Shown piece after piece: positions 12,677 through 26,316 of a stretch of DNA of 64,000 nucleotides (its first letter is position 1; every line of letters starts with the position of its first letter). The DNA is taken from assembly GCA_012295275.1 (NCBI GenBank), contig CM022673.1, positions 868,001-932,000 on the forward strand, written 5' to 3'. A program made the translations under genes and the position numbers. The notes beneath the pieces are model-generated. The model made no database searches. It was not told the origin of the DNA and saw nothing but the letters and a program-made list of their open reading frames with translations. Origin of the DNA: Chrysomallon squamiferum (Eukaryota; Animalia; Mollusca).

Positions 12677-13758
12677 ATCTTGCGACATACATTTCACGTA
12701 TCGTCCGTCCGTCTATCTTTCATTTCATCAGATTTCTTCCTCAGCTTTCTCTCACTCCTCTCTAAGACTTCGTTTTTGAGATATAAATTATCCTCCACTT
12801 TTGTAACTATTAAATATATATATGTCTGTAGGTATGTATGTATGTACGTATGTATGTATGTGTGTGTGTATGCGTGTATGCATACATGCATGTATGTATT
12901 TATATAAACATCTATGTATATATGTACATACGTACGTAAATTAAGCTGCATGTTTATGAACTTGCATTTATGCACAGACTGACATAACTGTTTGCTGCAT
13001 ATGCTTTGAATATCTTTTTTAACTCAGATGTTATTCTAAAGAACCCACAGGGAAGACCTGGTTTAATATTCACTATGTATGTGTGTATCATATGTGTATG
13101 CATATATGTATGTAGGTATGTGTGTATGTAAATATGTATACTGTTCATATTTTACCCAATTCATGGAGAGGAAGAAACAAACAAAAAGACTTATTTTATT
13201 GAGGAACTTTTTATTATTTGGGAATTAATTTAAATAAAGTACAAGAATTTTGTACAATTTATGTACTGAAGATTAGTACACTTGCTCCAGGTTATTCCGA
13301 CCTAACTTAATTATTATTTAAGGAATTTAATTCGGTACACCAGTCTGTTATCAGCTTTTGAAAGAAATACACAAAATGTATTGCATCAGTACACTAGCAC
13401 AAAAGTGTTACATGTAAAGGAAAAACCTGCTTAAAGCTGTTTATTTAAAAAACGCTTTTGAAGCGTGTTGCCATCAAAATATAAATGAAAGAACACAAAA
13501 CACTCTCTTGCAATTGTATTCTATTTGATCTTTTCTCTCTATTCCGTAACGTGTCAAAAGTTTTATATATTATTTGTTTGTTATTTATGAAAAGTTTTCG
13601 CATGTTCATCACTTTTTCCTCCAGTAAGTATTTTCGTCTAACACAGCTACCACCTGACACTTTGTTGTTTATTTACACGTTGCCAAACGATCTTTAAAAG
13701 AAATGAATATTACGTACCACCTCTTGACGATAATAATTTTGTTTTGGCAACTCAGCTG

Positions 13759-13764
13759 TATAAA
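13759..13764 (+). promoter_or_regulatory. TATA box of copy 2
   Basis: GCTGTATAAATGG, 80 nt upstream of ATG 13844, as in paralogs. Confidence 0.7.
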
Positions 13765-13843
13765 TGGTTATAACTGAGATACACAAATCATACCACGGAC
13801 ACATTTCAAGACGTTGGAAGGAAAAGCCAAGAAGAATTCAAAG

Positions 13844-14241
13844 ATGAAAGCCTTGTTTCTGGTCGTTGTTCTAGCAGGTTAGTTTATTGTACATATGTGT
13901 AATGCACATCTATGACTGTATATTATCAATATATTTGCATCGTAGGATTAAAATTCTTATTTTAATATTAATAATTATATTTCATAAGTTACCATTCCTG
14001 TGAATAGCAGTAATCTACTACGAGAATATTTTGTTAATACAACCGTCTGAATTCATCTGTTCATTTTCGACTGTATTTACTATTGCAGTCGTGTTGTTGT
14101 TTTTTCACAAATAACAGAGTAGATAGAAAAGTGACATTTTAGTTTTTCTGTTCTAAACCGAGTCGATTCATATGAGATGTCACCCATAAAATCGGTTCAT
14201 AAATGTTATTACTATTATTATTAGTAGTAGTAGTAGTAGTG

Positions 14242-14273
<32 letters not shown>

Positions 14274-16653
14274 TGTAGTAGTATACTTCTTGTGCATCAC
14301 AGGGATTCTTAGTAAAGAGAAATGACTCAAGATATCCTTTTGTGAACAGATTTTAATGTATCTGATGTGTAACATACTGATCAAGCCATATTATTTATTT
14401 TTCTTCTTTTGTTTCTCCAATTTAGTTCTTACTGGATCAGCACAATCAGGCACAACCTGTGAGTCTTGTGTTACCACCCTCAGTGGTGCAAGTAAAGATA
14501 ATATGTGCAAGTACGTCTTTCTATATTCATCATTTACAAACCCTCTAAAAAAAAAAGTAAAAAAAAGAAGAAAATAAATTGTTCATGAATTATTATGTAT
14601 GTACATTTTAGATGTCATGGTTTATATTTTGTACTAATAATTCCGCGCTGTTATATACAAACGCACGCACGCACGCACGCACAGATGTACAATCATACAC
14701 ATATATACTGTAAAACACGTATTTGTAATTATGTAACATCTGTTCATACTGACAAAACTTCACAGAGAAAATCTGGCAAGCTTCTATTAAATAATTTTTC
14801 GTTTCTTTCTCAGAGCGGTTACAACAGCTGCTACATGTCTTCTTGTTGGAACTGATGCCACTTGTACTGGACAATCAGCCAACACTGCTGAAAAACAGTT
14901 AAAAGATGGCACAGTGTACATGGTTGCACAAAATGAAAATTGTGGTAAAATATCATAGAAAAATTACATAAATCATTGTTTTTCCTCTTCCTTATCATCA
15001 TCATATTAAGTCTTATCAGTCATCAGATGTCCTTAAACTAATATCATTTTTTATTAAGATAACAATGCATTTTATAATAAAAATTAAATGGAAAATAACA
15101 ATATTGTTTTCAGTAATCCTTCCCATAATCATCATCTTCATTTTTACAATCATATAGTCATGATTGATCACGCTGTTATGACGATCATCATCATTATTAT
15201 TAAGACAATATGGTCATCATCAATTTCTTCATTATCTTGATCATACCGTCTTGATCATTATTTTCATTATCATGATCATACCGTTATCATCATCATCATC
15301 TTCTTCTTCTTCTTTATAACGATCATGCGTCTTCGTCATCATCATCTCAAACCGTTTTGATTATCCTTATCGTTTTATGTTAAGTAACATACATTTTATA
15401 ATGAAAATTAAATGAAAAATTATAATATTGTTTTCAGTAATCCTTCCTATAATCATCATCTTCACTTTTATGATCATATCGTCATGATGATGATGATCAA
15501 TATTACTATCACACCGTTTTGATCATTCTCATCATAACTGTGATTATTTTGCGTTACAGATACTCACAATAACTTTTCTTGCTTTGTGTTCATGTCAAGG
15601 AGAATATGCTACTAAGGTGGCTTCCAGAACAAGCACGACATCAAAGGAAACTAAATGCACGTAAGAAGATTTTATTTTACGCTGACTGTCTGTTTATTTC
15701 TTTATCTGTCTGTCTGTCTGTCTCTCTGTATGTCTGTATAATCACTATAATAATTTAAATTACTCATTTCTAAAAAATGATAATTTTTGTTTTCCCAACT
15801 CAGCGATATATAAACACACACAGAAACATTCCTACATACATATATACATACATGCATACATAAATATACACATAACAGTACGAATAAATGCATGTAAACA
15901 TGTGTGTAGTTATTGTTTCATGTGTGCCAATCACGAACACAAAATACTACAAGACATGTGTCTCTGTTATAGATGTATAAATACATATAAGCATATTTTT
16001 TATATGGGGATGATGCTGATAAAAAACAGATAACGTTAGCTCTATTGTTTTATGTTTTCTTCATTCAGCGAAGCAAAAGCCTACAAGATCTGTGTCTCTG
16101 AAAATGATGCCGCCATGAAAGCCTGTGATGGAACAAAAGAGCAGCCTGATATTAAAACTGAAGCCGAGGCAAACGTTACAGAATTTTGTAAGTATTAGTG
16201 TTAGCACAATTCTGTGCTGTTTTATTCATACATTCTAAATTAATAATTTATTTATATTACATTAGTCCAAAATGAAATAAGTTATTCCGAGGCAAAGGTT
16301 ACAGAATTTTGTAAGTATTTATTTATTTATTATTTATTTATTTATTGATCGATTGATTTAATTAGTTTTCCACTGAAAAAGATTTCCTATCAGATAAATC
16401 TAATTTTAAAAATTAAAATAAAATCTCTTCTTAGAAATCTGATATTTATATTATAAATTAGTATATTCTATCTCAGTATATTAAACTAAGTCTTTTTTTT
16501 TAAACTGCAACACACATATCTGACTGGTTATTAAGTCATTTTCACTTTTCTGTTTTGTTTTCAGGTAATAAAGGAATCTCTGTCGTTGTTGGAGTCAAGC
16601 AGTTTCTGCTGATGATCGCTTTGACTCTGTTTCAGAACTATTTGAAATATTAA
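13844..16653 (+). pseudogene. Copy 2: paralog with a frameshift at the start of exon 4
   Basis: Exons 13844-13877, 14426-14510, 14814-14944, 15560-15660, 16069-16187, 16565-16653. Exon 4 is 101 nt versus 94 nt (+7), giving DTHNNFSCFVFMSRRICY then TAA at 15613-15615. Domain 1 is intact (GTTCESCVTTLSGASKDNMCKAVTTAATCLLVGTDATCTGQSANTAEKQLKDGTVYMVAQNENC). Exons 5-6 remain open. Confidence 0.8.
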
Positions 16654-16954
16654 TGTTTGTCCTGATACGTCAAACTGAAGAACTCTTTTCTCTCTGAAAC
16701 TCAGAGTTTCTGTTTTGTCATCTGTTTCTAATCATGAACCAATAGACGTGTTTTGAAATTTATTTTATCCTGACCTAGCAGTAACCAAGTTTTATTTATT
16801 ATACTTAAATATATATATCTAATGGATATATGAAGTGAACTGAATTCACTGAATGCTACATCCATTTTTTAATTAATGTATTTTAAAGTTTTAAGCTAGA
16901 TGTGAAATAAAATATAAAATTAAATATGATTCTAGTTTCATTTCTATATAATTA

Positions 16955-17000
<46 letters not shown>

Positions 17001-19291
17001 GTAATGTCTTTGCGTATATATATATTTTGTCTGTTTCTCTGTATGTGTGTATGTATGTACGGAAGTATCTTTCTGTAAGTCTCTATTTGTATATATGTGT
17101 TTTAGTGTGCATGTTTATGTAATAATAACAACAACAAAAACAAGACTCCTAGTACTGCTACTACTACTGCTACTACTACTACTACTACTACTACTAGTAC
17201 TAATAATAATAATAATAATAATAGTAACAACAAAATTAACAATGATAATAATAATAATAAAATTAATAATAATAAAATGTGCATTACCAGTATTCATATC
17301 AAATGCTGGTTCTTATGTAAATTTATTCCGGTTAGGAATGTTCGTTTTTCTCCGTGTTCAACGGTCATTATAGCTCCGTAATTCAGGGGAGATAAATAAC
17401 GAACTTCTATATCCCGTTTAACAGTAGTCTCCCTTGTGCATTAGAATGTAAGAAACCATAATTGTGTCTTGAGTGTCTAAATAAGTTTCGAAATAATAAT
17501 AATAATAGTAATAGTAATAATAATAATAATAATAATAGTAATAATAATAATAATAATAATAGTAATAATAGTAATAATACCAGTAGCAAAAATTAAGCTT
17601 ACATGTATCTGACATTACCCACTGCTATCATACAGTTCTGTTAAAACCGGATCGTATTACATAGAAGTGTATGGCCAGCTTTAATCGCCTATGTTTAGTT
17701 AATATTGTATCACGTGGAATCATCCTTGACCTGTATCGTGATGTTTAATGTGAGGTTTCACGTGTAATATGCCAATAGATGTTTGTATTTGTTGTCGTAA
17801 CTGCACTGATTAATTTAGATAATGAATATATTTAACATGTACTGCAAATTGTAGATATCGATGAGACTCAATTACAATCTGAGCTATGTGAACATGTACA
17901 AAAAAATGGTTAGAGATCCATTTAAGCGGATTTTGTTTTTGTTTGTTAATTCAGTTTATGTACAAAATGCAAGAGTAGTGTATTATAAGATAGAGGTGAC
18001 ATTAAATTAGTTTTAACTGATTTAATTGTTTAAGAACAAAGAATTTCAATTGCTTTACACTGTCTGCTGGCGATTAATTACCATATCAAATAGGTTAAAA
18101 TAAAAGTAATTTTATCACAGAAAAGTTAACAGAGATTATTTTTCATTAACTTAACAAATGACCTTTCTGAATTTCAAGAGCAACAGCATGTCCAGTTTAA
18201 AAGGACAAAACAATGAAGTACAAGTCAGTGTTTTCTAAAGAAAAAGCTACAAACTAATGAATATTTCCAAATGTTTTTCTCATCTTGTCTTAATAAGATC
18301 ATGTTGTATTACCGAAAATAGAATTCGAGACAGACGGACGTCGAATTATGTTTTCAGTTTCATACTAAACATTTAGCTTCTATTTGAGGACCTTCCACAT
18401 TGCATATATAAAATTTTCTTTCAGATAATAATGATTAATTTACAGACAATGCGTTTTCATCATGTACAGATCCCGGCCTAGTGTCATTACGTCATCTTGC
18501 GACATACATTTCACGTATCGTCCGTCCGTCTATCTTTCATTTCATCAGATTTCTTCCTCAGCTTTCTGTCACTCCTCTCTAAGACTTCGTTTTTGAGATA
18601 TAAATTATCCTCTACTTTTCTCACCATTAAATATATATATATGTATGTATATAAGTATGTATGTATGTATGTATGTATGTATGTATGCGTGTATTCATAC
18701 ATGCATGTATGTATTTATATAAACATCTATGTTTATATGTACATACGTACGTAAATTAACCTGCATGTTTATGAACTTGCATTTATGCACAGACTGACAT
18801 AACTGTTTGCTGCATATGCTTTGAATATCTTTTTTAACTCAGATGTTATTCTAAAGAACCCACAGAGAAAACCTGGTTTAATATTCACTATGTATGTGTG
18901 TATGATATGTGTATGCATATATGTATGTAGGTATGTGTGTATATATGTATGTATGTAAATATGTATACTGTTCATATTTTACCCAATTCATAGAGAGGAA
19001 GAAACAAACAAAAAGACTTACTTTATTGAGGAACCTTTTATTATTTGGGAATTAATTTAAATAAAGTACAAGAATTTTGTATAATTTATGTACTGAAGAT
19101 TAGTACAGTTGCTCCAGGTTATTCCGACCTAACGTAATTATTATTTAAGGAATTTACTCATGCATTTTACATATATCTATCTTTGTTTGTTTGTTTGTAT
19201 GTACGTATGTATGTATGTATGTATGTATGTGTATGAATAATAGATCTGTAAAATAAGATGTACAAATATGAATATTACTAGTGAAATAATG

Positions 19292-19338
<47 letters not shown>

Positions 19339-22294
19339 TGCAGTAACTATAGATTCAAACACTGTTTGTCACTGCTATGGTTACCGTCTTTGTCACTCTA
19401 GTTGACGCTTCAGCGTTTGTTGTTATTAGATATTTATTACCTGCATTTATGCACTGACAGACATAATTCTTTACTGGATACGCTCTGAATATTTTGTTTA
19501 ACTGAGATGTTATTGTAATGAACAGTTCGTTGCTAAAATACATTAAAAATAAAAGATAATTAAAAATTAAAGAAAATAAATCCACGAGAGAAGACTTTGT
19601 TTAATATTCTCTATGTATGTAGTTTAGGATTTTGAATATTCTCTGTCTTATGCACGTCTGAATAGACTCTGCACACAGACAATATTAGAGAACGGAATGG
19701 CGCAGGAGGACAAAGTCCAGTCACGACTTCACATGTATGTTTATATTTATGTATGTATGTATATATGTATGTATCTATGTATGTATGTAAGTATGTATGT
19801 ATGTATGTATGTATGTTTATGTGTATGTATGTATGTACATATGTATGTACGTACGTATGTATGTATGTATGCATGCATGCATGTATGTATGTATGTATGT
19901 ATGAATGTGTGTATTTAAGTTTGTTTGTATGTATGTTTTCTGAGGAATGTTTTATTTTTTGGAAACTGATTTTAATATACTTCTGTATTGAAGTTTAGTA
20001 CACTTGCTCCAGGTTACACCGAAGGAACCGAAATTAAAATATTAATCAGCCTTTGAAAGAAATACAGAAAACGTATTGCTTCAGTTCGCTAGCACAAAAG
20101 TATTACGTGTAAAAGAAGAACCACACGATTTTGAGTGAAATAAACGTCTCACGTGAGCGATTTTGTAAAGCTGCTTATTTAAAAAAAAACGCTTTTGAAG
20201 CGTGTTGCCATAAAATATAAATGAAAGAACACAAAACACTCTCTTGCAACTGTATTCTATCTGATCTTTTCTCTCTATTGCGTAACGTGTCAAAAGTTCA
20301 CTGTTATCTGTTTAATATTCACTGTGTATGTGTTTATCATATGTGTATGCATATATGTATCTAGGTATCTGTGTATATATGTATGTATGTATACATATTT
20401 TACCGAATTCATACAGAGGAAGAAACAAACAAAAAGATTTAGTTTATTGAGGAACATTTAATTATTTGGGAATTAATTTAAATAAAGTACAAGAATTTCT
20501 GTACTGAAGATTACTATACTTGCTCCAGGTTATTCCGACCTAACTTAATTATTATTTAAGGAATTTAATTCAGTACACCAGTGCTGTTATCAGCCTTTGA
20601 AAGAAATACACAAAATGTATTGCATCAGTTCACTAGCACAAAAGTGTTACCTGTAAAGGAAAAAACCCTCGATATTGAGTGAAATAAACGTCTCACATTG
20701 CATGCGATTTTTTAAAGCTGCTTATTTAAAAAACGCGTTTTTAAGCGTGTTGCCATCAAATATCAAAGGACACTAAGCTTGGATCTATAAAAGATAAAAA
20801 ATCACTATCAGTAAAAGTTAATAAAGAATATGTTCAATAAGTCATTCTTTTCTGAAAGAAATTTTTAAATATGTAGTGTCGAAGGTCCTCAGATAGAAGC
20901 TGAATGTTTACTATTAAACTCTCATATAATGTCTTTCACAATAATTTATCTCAACATGCGTTTTTCTAGATACGCTTTCTTTAATAAAATATGATCTTAT
21001 TAAAAGCTGATGAGACAGAAATAAGCCAGTATATATCAGTTTGTAATTCTTCCTTTAAAATATGTTGGCTATTGCTTTTGAAATTCAGAAAGAAGAGATG
21101 TTAAGTAAACGAAATATTAATACGAAAAAGAATAGTTGTGAAAAAAATGTAGCATAGATCCCGCCACCCTTGGCATCTGTGTTTACACAGTGTCGTCCAT
21201 GGGTATGAAAAATAAAAACAAAATTAGCATACTCCCGCCCCTTAACATTTCTGTTCACAGTGTCATCCATGGCTACCATCAGTCTCAGACAATGAAGTAA
21301 CTGATAGCTCCTCCCATTACTAACTCTACCATTGGTCGTTTGTTATTTATGAAAAGTTTGCGCATGTTCGTCACTTTTTCCTTCAGTCAGTATTTTCGGC
21401 TAATAGAGATACTATCTGATACTTTGTTGTTTTCGTCGAATTATATTTCCTATATAAATTATATTTCAATTCATAGAGAGGAAGAAACAAAAAAAAGATT
21501 TAGTTTATTGAGGAACCTTTTATTATTTGGGAATTAATTTAAATAAAGTACAAGAATTTTGTATAACTTCTATACTGAAGATTAGTACACTTGCTCCAGG
21601 TTATTCCGACCTAACTTAATTATTATTTAAGGGATTTAATTCAGTACACCAGTGCTGTTATCAGGCTTTGAAAGAAATACACAAAACGTATTGCATCAGT
21701 TCATTAGTACAAAAGTGTTACATCTAAAGGAAAAACACACGATATTGAGGTCCAAGGTGAGCGATTCTTTAAAGCTGCTTATTTTAAAAACGCTTTTGAA
21801 GCTTGTTGCCATCAAAATATCAAATCACACTAAGCGGGAATGTGTACATGATAAAAACTTTCTGTCAGTAAAAGTTAAGTAAACGAAATATTAATACGAA
21901 AAAGAACAGTTGTGAAAAAAATGTAGCATAGATCCCGCCACCCTTGGCACCTGTCTTTACACAGTGTCGTCCTTGGCTATGAAAAATAAAAACGAAATTA
22001 GCATACTCCCGCCCCTTAACATTTCTGTTTACAGTGTCATCCATGGCTACCATCAGACTCAGACAATGAAGTAACTGATAGCTGCTCCCATTTTTATCTC
22101 TACCAATCGTGGTTTCTTATTTATGAAAAGTTTGCGCATGTTCATCACTTTTTCCTCCAGTCAGTATTTTCGCCTAATAGAGATACCACCTGACACTTTG
22201 CTGTTTATTTACACGTTGCCAAACGATCTTTAAACGAATTGAATATTACGTACCACCTCTTGACGATAATAATTTTGTTTTGGCAACAGAGCTG

Positions 22295-22300
22295 TATAAA
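22295..22300 (+). promoter_or_regulatory. TATA box of copy 3
   Basis: GCTGTATAAATGG, 80 nt upstream of ATG 22380. Confidence 0.7.
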
Positions 22301-22379
22301 TGGTTATAACTGAGATACACAAATCATACCACGGACACATTTCAAGACGTTGGAAGGAAAAGCCAAGAAGACGTCAAAG

Positions 22380-24596
22380 ATGAAAGCCTTGTTTCTGGTC
22401 GTTGTTCTAGCAGGTTAGTTTATTGAACATATTTGTAATGCACATCTATGACTGTATATTATCATTATATTTGCATTGTAGGATTAAAATTCTTATTTTA
22501 ATATTAATAATTATATTAATAAGTTATCATTCCTGTGAATAGCTGTAATTTACTACGAGAATATTTTGTTCAATACAACCGTCTGACTGCATCTGCTCAT
22601 TTTCGACTCTATTTACTATTGCAGTCGTGTTGTTGTTTTTTCACAAATAATAGATAGAAAAGTGAAATTTTAGTTTTTCTGTTCTAAACCGAGTCCATTC
22701 ATTTTAGATGTCACCCATAAAATCGGTTCATAAACGTTATTACTATTATTACTATTATTATTAGTAGTAGTAGTACTAGTAGTATTAGTATTAGTATTAG
22801 TACACTTTTTGTGCATCACAGGGATTCTTAGTAAAGAGAAATGACTCAAGATATCCTTTTGTGAACATATTTTAATGTATCTGATGTACAACACACTGAT
22901 CAAGCGATATTATTTCTTTTTCTTCTTTTGTTTCTCCAATTTAGTTCTTACTGGATCAGCACAATCAGAGACGACTACCTGTGAGGCTTGTATTAAAACT
23001 TTCACTGGTGCAACTGCTGATAAGAAGTGCACGTACGTCTTTCTATTTTCATCATTTACGAACATGTTTTTATGATGCTCTGTGTATGTTTCTGCTGAAA
23101 TAATTATATATATATGTATAAATCGTAGGTCTTATTATCTACGTTTCTAATTTAATAATTTCCTTTACTATAGTTATTTGTTTTTAAATGAACATGTAAA
23201 ATGTCCCGTCTATACAGATAATATATTTTTCTATATAACAGAAATATCAGCATATCCTTTTGCTAAATAATAAAAATAACCCTCTAAACAAAATAAAATA
23301 AAATAAAATAAAATAAATTGTTCACGAATTATTATGTATGTACATTTTAGATGCCATCGTTTATATTTTGTACTAATAATTCCGCGCTATTATACAGAAA
23401 CGCACGCACGCACGCACAGATGTACAAGCATACACATATACACGCCAAAACACGTATTGGTAATTATGTAACATCTGTTCATACTGACAGAAATTCACAG
23501 AGAAAATCCAACAAGCTTCTATTAAATAATTTTTCATTTCTTTATCAGAGCGGTTACAACAGCTGCTACATGTCTTCTTGCTGGAACTGATGCCACTTGT
23601 ACTGGACAATCAACCAACACTGCTGAAAAACAGTTAAAAGATGGCACCGACACAGTGTACAAAATATCACAAACTAAAACATGTGGTAAAATATCATAGA
23701 AAAATTACATAAATCATAGTTTTTCCTCTTACTTATCGTCATCATATTAAGTCTTATCAGTCATCAGATGTCCTTAAACTAATATCATTTTTTATTAAGA
23801 TAACAATGCGTTTTATAATGAAAATTAAATGGAAAATAATAATATTGTTTTCAGTAATCCTTCCCATAATCATCATCTTCAGTTTTACAATCATATAGTC
23901 ATGCTTTATCACGCTGTTATGACGATCATCATCATTATTATTAAGACCATATGGTCATCATAATTTCTTCATTATCTTGATCATACCGTCTTGATCATTA
24001 TTTTCATTATCATGGTCATACCGTTATCATCATCATCATCATCATTTTCTTCTTCTTCTTCTTTATAACGATCATGCGTCTTCGTCATTATCATCTCAAA
24101 CCGTTTTGATTATCCTTATCATTTTATGTTAAGTAACATACATTTTATAATGAATATTAAATGAAAAATTATAATATTGCTTTCAGTACTCCTTCCTATA
24201 ATCATCATCTTCACTTTCATGATGATGATGATCATTATTACTATCACACCGTTTTGATCATTCTCATCATCACTGTTATTATTTTGCGTTACAGATCCTG
24301 GAATAACTGATTTGTGTTCATGTCAAGGAGAATATGCTACTAAGGTGGCTTCCAGAACAAGCTCAACATCAAAGGAAACTAAATGCACGTAAGAAGATTT
24401 TAATTTACGCTGACTGTCTGTTTATTTCTTTTTCTGTCTGTCTATCTCTCTGTATATCTGTATAACCACTATAATAATTTAAATTGCTAATTTCTAAAAA
24501 ATGATAATTTTCGTTTTCCCAACTCAGCGATATATAAACACACACAGAAACATTCCTACATACATATATACATACATACATATATACATACATACA

Positions 24597-24629
<33 letters not shown>

Positions 24630-25403
24630 CTAACTGTACGAATAAATGCATGTACACATCGGTGTGTGTAGTTGTTATTGTTTCATGTGTGCCAATCACG
24701 AACACAAAATACTACAAGACATGTGTCTCTGTTATATTTTGTATATGGGGATGTTGCTGATAAAAAACAGATAATGTTAGCTGTATTGTTTCATGTTTTC
24801 TTCATTCAGCGAAGCAAAAGCCTACAAGACCTGTGTAGCTGGAAAAGATGCCGCCATGAAAGCCTGTGATGGAAAAACACTGCAGCCTGCTATTAAAACT
24901 GAAGCCGAGGCAAAGGTTACAGAATTATGTAAGTATTAGTGTTACCATAATTCTGTGCTGTTTTATTCATACATTCTAAATTAATAATTTATTTATATTA
25001 CATTAGTCCAAAATGAAAGAAGTTATTTATTCCAAGGAAAAGGTTACATAATTTTCTAAGTATTTATTTATTTATTATTTATGTATTTACTGATCGATTG
25101 ATTTATTTTGTTTTCCACTGCAAAAAATTTCTTGTCAGATAAGTATAGTTTTAAAAATTAAAATAAAATCTGATATTTAAATTGTAAATTAGTACATGCC
25201 ATCTCAGTATATTAAACTAAGTCTTTTTTTTTTTTTTTAATCTGCAACACACGTAACTGACTGGTTATTAAGTCATTTTCACGTTTCTGTTTTCAGGTGT
25301 TCAAGAGAATCAAGATAACGCAGGAGTTTCTGTCGTTGTTGGAGTCAAGCAGTTTCTTATGATGATCGCTTTGGCTCTGTTTCAGAAATATTTGAAATAT
25401 TAA
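22380..25403 (+). CDS. Copy 3: intact 192-aa signal-peptide, two-domain Cys-rich, GPI-anchored-type protein (unknown family)
   Basis: Exons 22380-22413, 22945-23032, 23549-23685, 24295-24388, 24810-24928, 25297-25403 (579 nt, open, all GT-AG). MKALFLVVVLAVLTGSAQSETTTCEACIKTFTGATADKKCTAVTTAATCLLAGTDATCTGQSTNTAEKQLKDGTDTVYKISQTKTCDPGITDLCSCQGEYATKVASRTSSTSKETKCTEAKAYKTCVAGKDAAMKACDGKTLQPAIKTEAEAKVTELCVQENQDNAGVSVVVGVKQFLMMIALALFQKYLKY. Confidence 0.92.
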
Positions 25404-25503
25404 TGTTTCTCCTTATACGTCAAACTGACGAACTCTTTTTCTCAGTGAAACTCAGAGTTTCTGTTTTGTCATCTGTTTCTAATCATGAACCAATAGACGT
25501 GTT

Positions 25504-25754
25504 TTGAAATTTATTTTATCCTGACCTAGCAGTAACCAAGTTTTATTTATTATACTTAAATATATATATAATGGATATATGAAGTGAACTGAATTCACTG
25601 AATGCTACATCCACTTTTTTAATTAATGTATTTTATAGTTTTGAGCTAGATGTGAAATAAAATATAAAATTAAATATGATTCTAGTTTCATTTCTATATA
25701 ATTCTTCTTCTCCTTCTTCTTCTTATTATTATTATTATTATATAATGTCTTTGC

Positions 25755-25808
<54 letters not shown>

Positions 25809-25949
25809 TGTCTGTCTCTCTGTATGTATGTATGTACGTACGTAAGTATCTTTCTGAAACCCTATGTTTGTATATGTCTGTTTTAGTGTGCATGTTTATG
25901 TAATAATAACAACCACAAAAACAAGACTCCTAGAACTGCTACTACTACA

Positions 25950-26003
<54 letters not shown>

Positions 26004-26010
26004 CATAATC

Positions 26011-26047
<37 letters not shown>

Positions 26048-26272
26048 TAGTAACAACAAAATTAACAATGATAATAATAATAATAAAATTAATAATAATA
26101 AAATGAGCATTACCAGTATTCAGATAAAATGCTTATTCGTTTTTCTCCGTGTTCAACGGTAATTCAGGGCAGATAAATGACGAACTTCTATACCCGGTTT
26201 AACAGTAGTCTCCCTTCTGCATTAGAATCTAAGAAGCTATTATTGTGTCTTTAGTGTCCAAATTAGTTTCGA

Positions 26273-26316
<44 letters not shown>

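Larger units (their letters stand above)
5970..13440 (+). repeat. Long intergenic spacer duplicated at about 31493-39060
   Basis: Same order of landmarks: (AAT)n(GA)n, (TATG)n, tRNA-like head, (CA)n, foldback element. Visibly more diverged than the 1-4842 block. Confidence 0.85.

Noticed and set aside
22380-25403. Assignment to Ly6/uPAR three-finger, protozoan VSG/i-antigen or attractin families
   Set aside because: Only the general layout or Cys-richness is shared. Cys spacing lacks the LU-domain CCxxxxCN pattern and no diagnostic motif was seen, so a profile search is needed.
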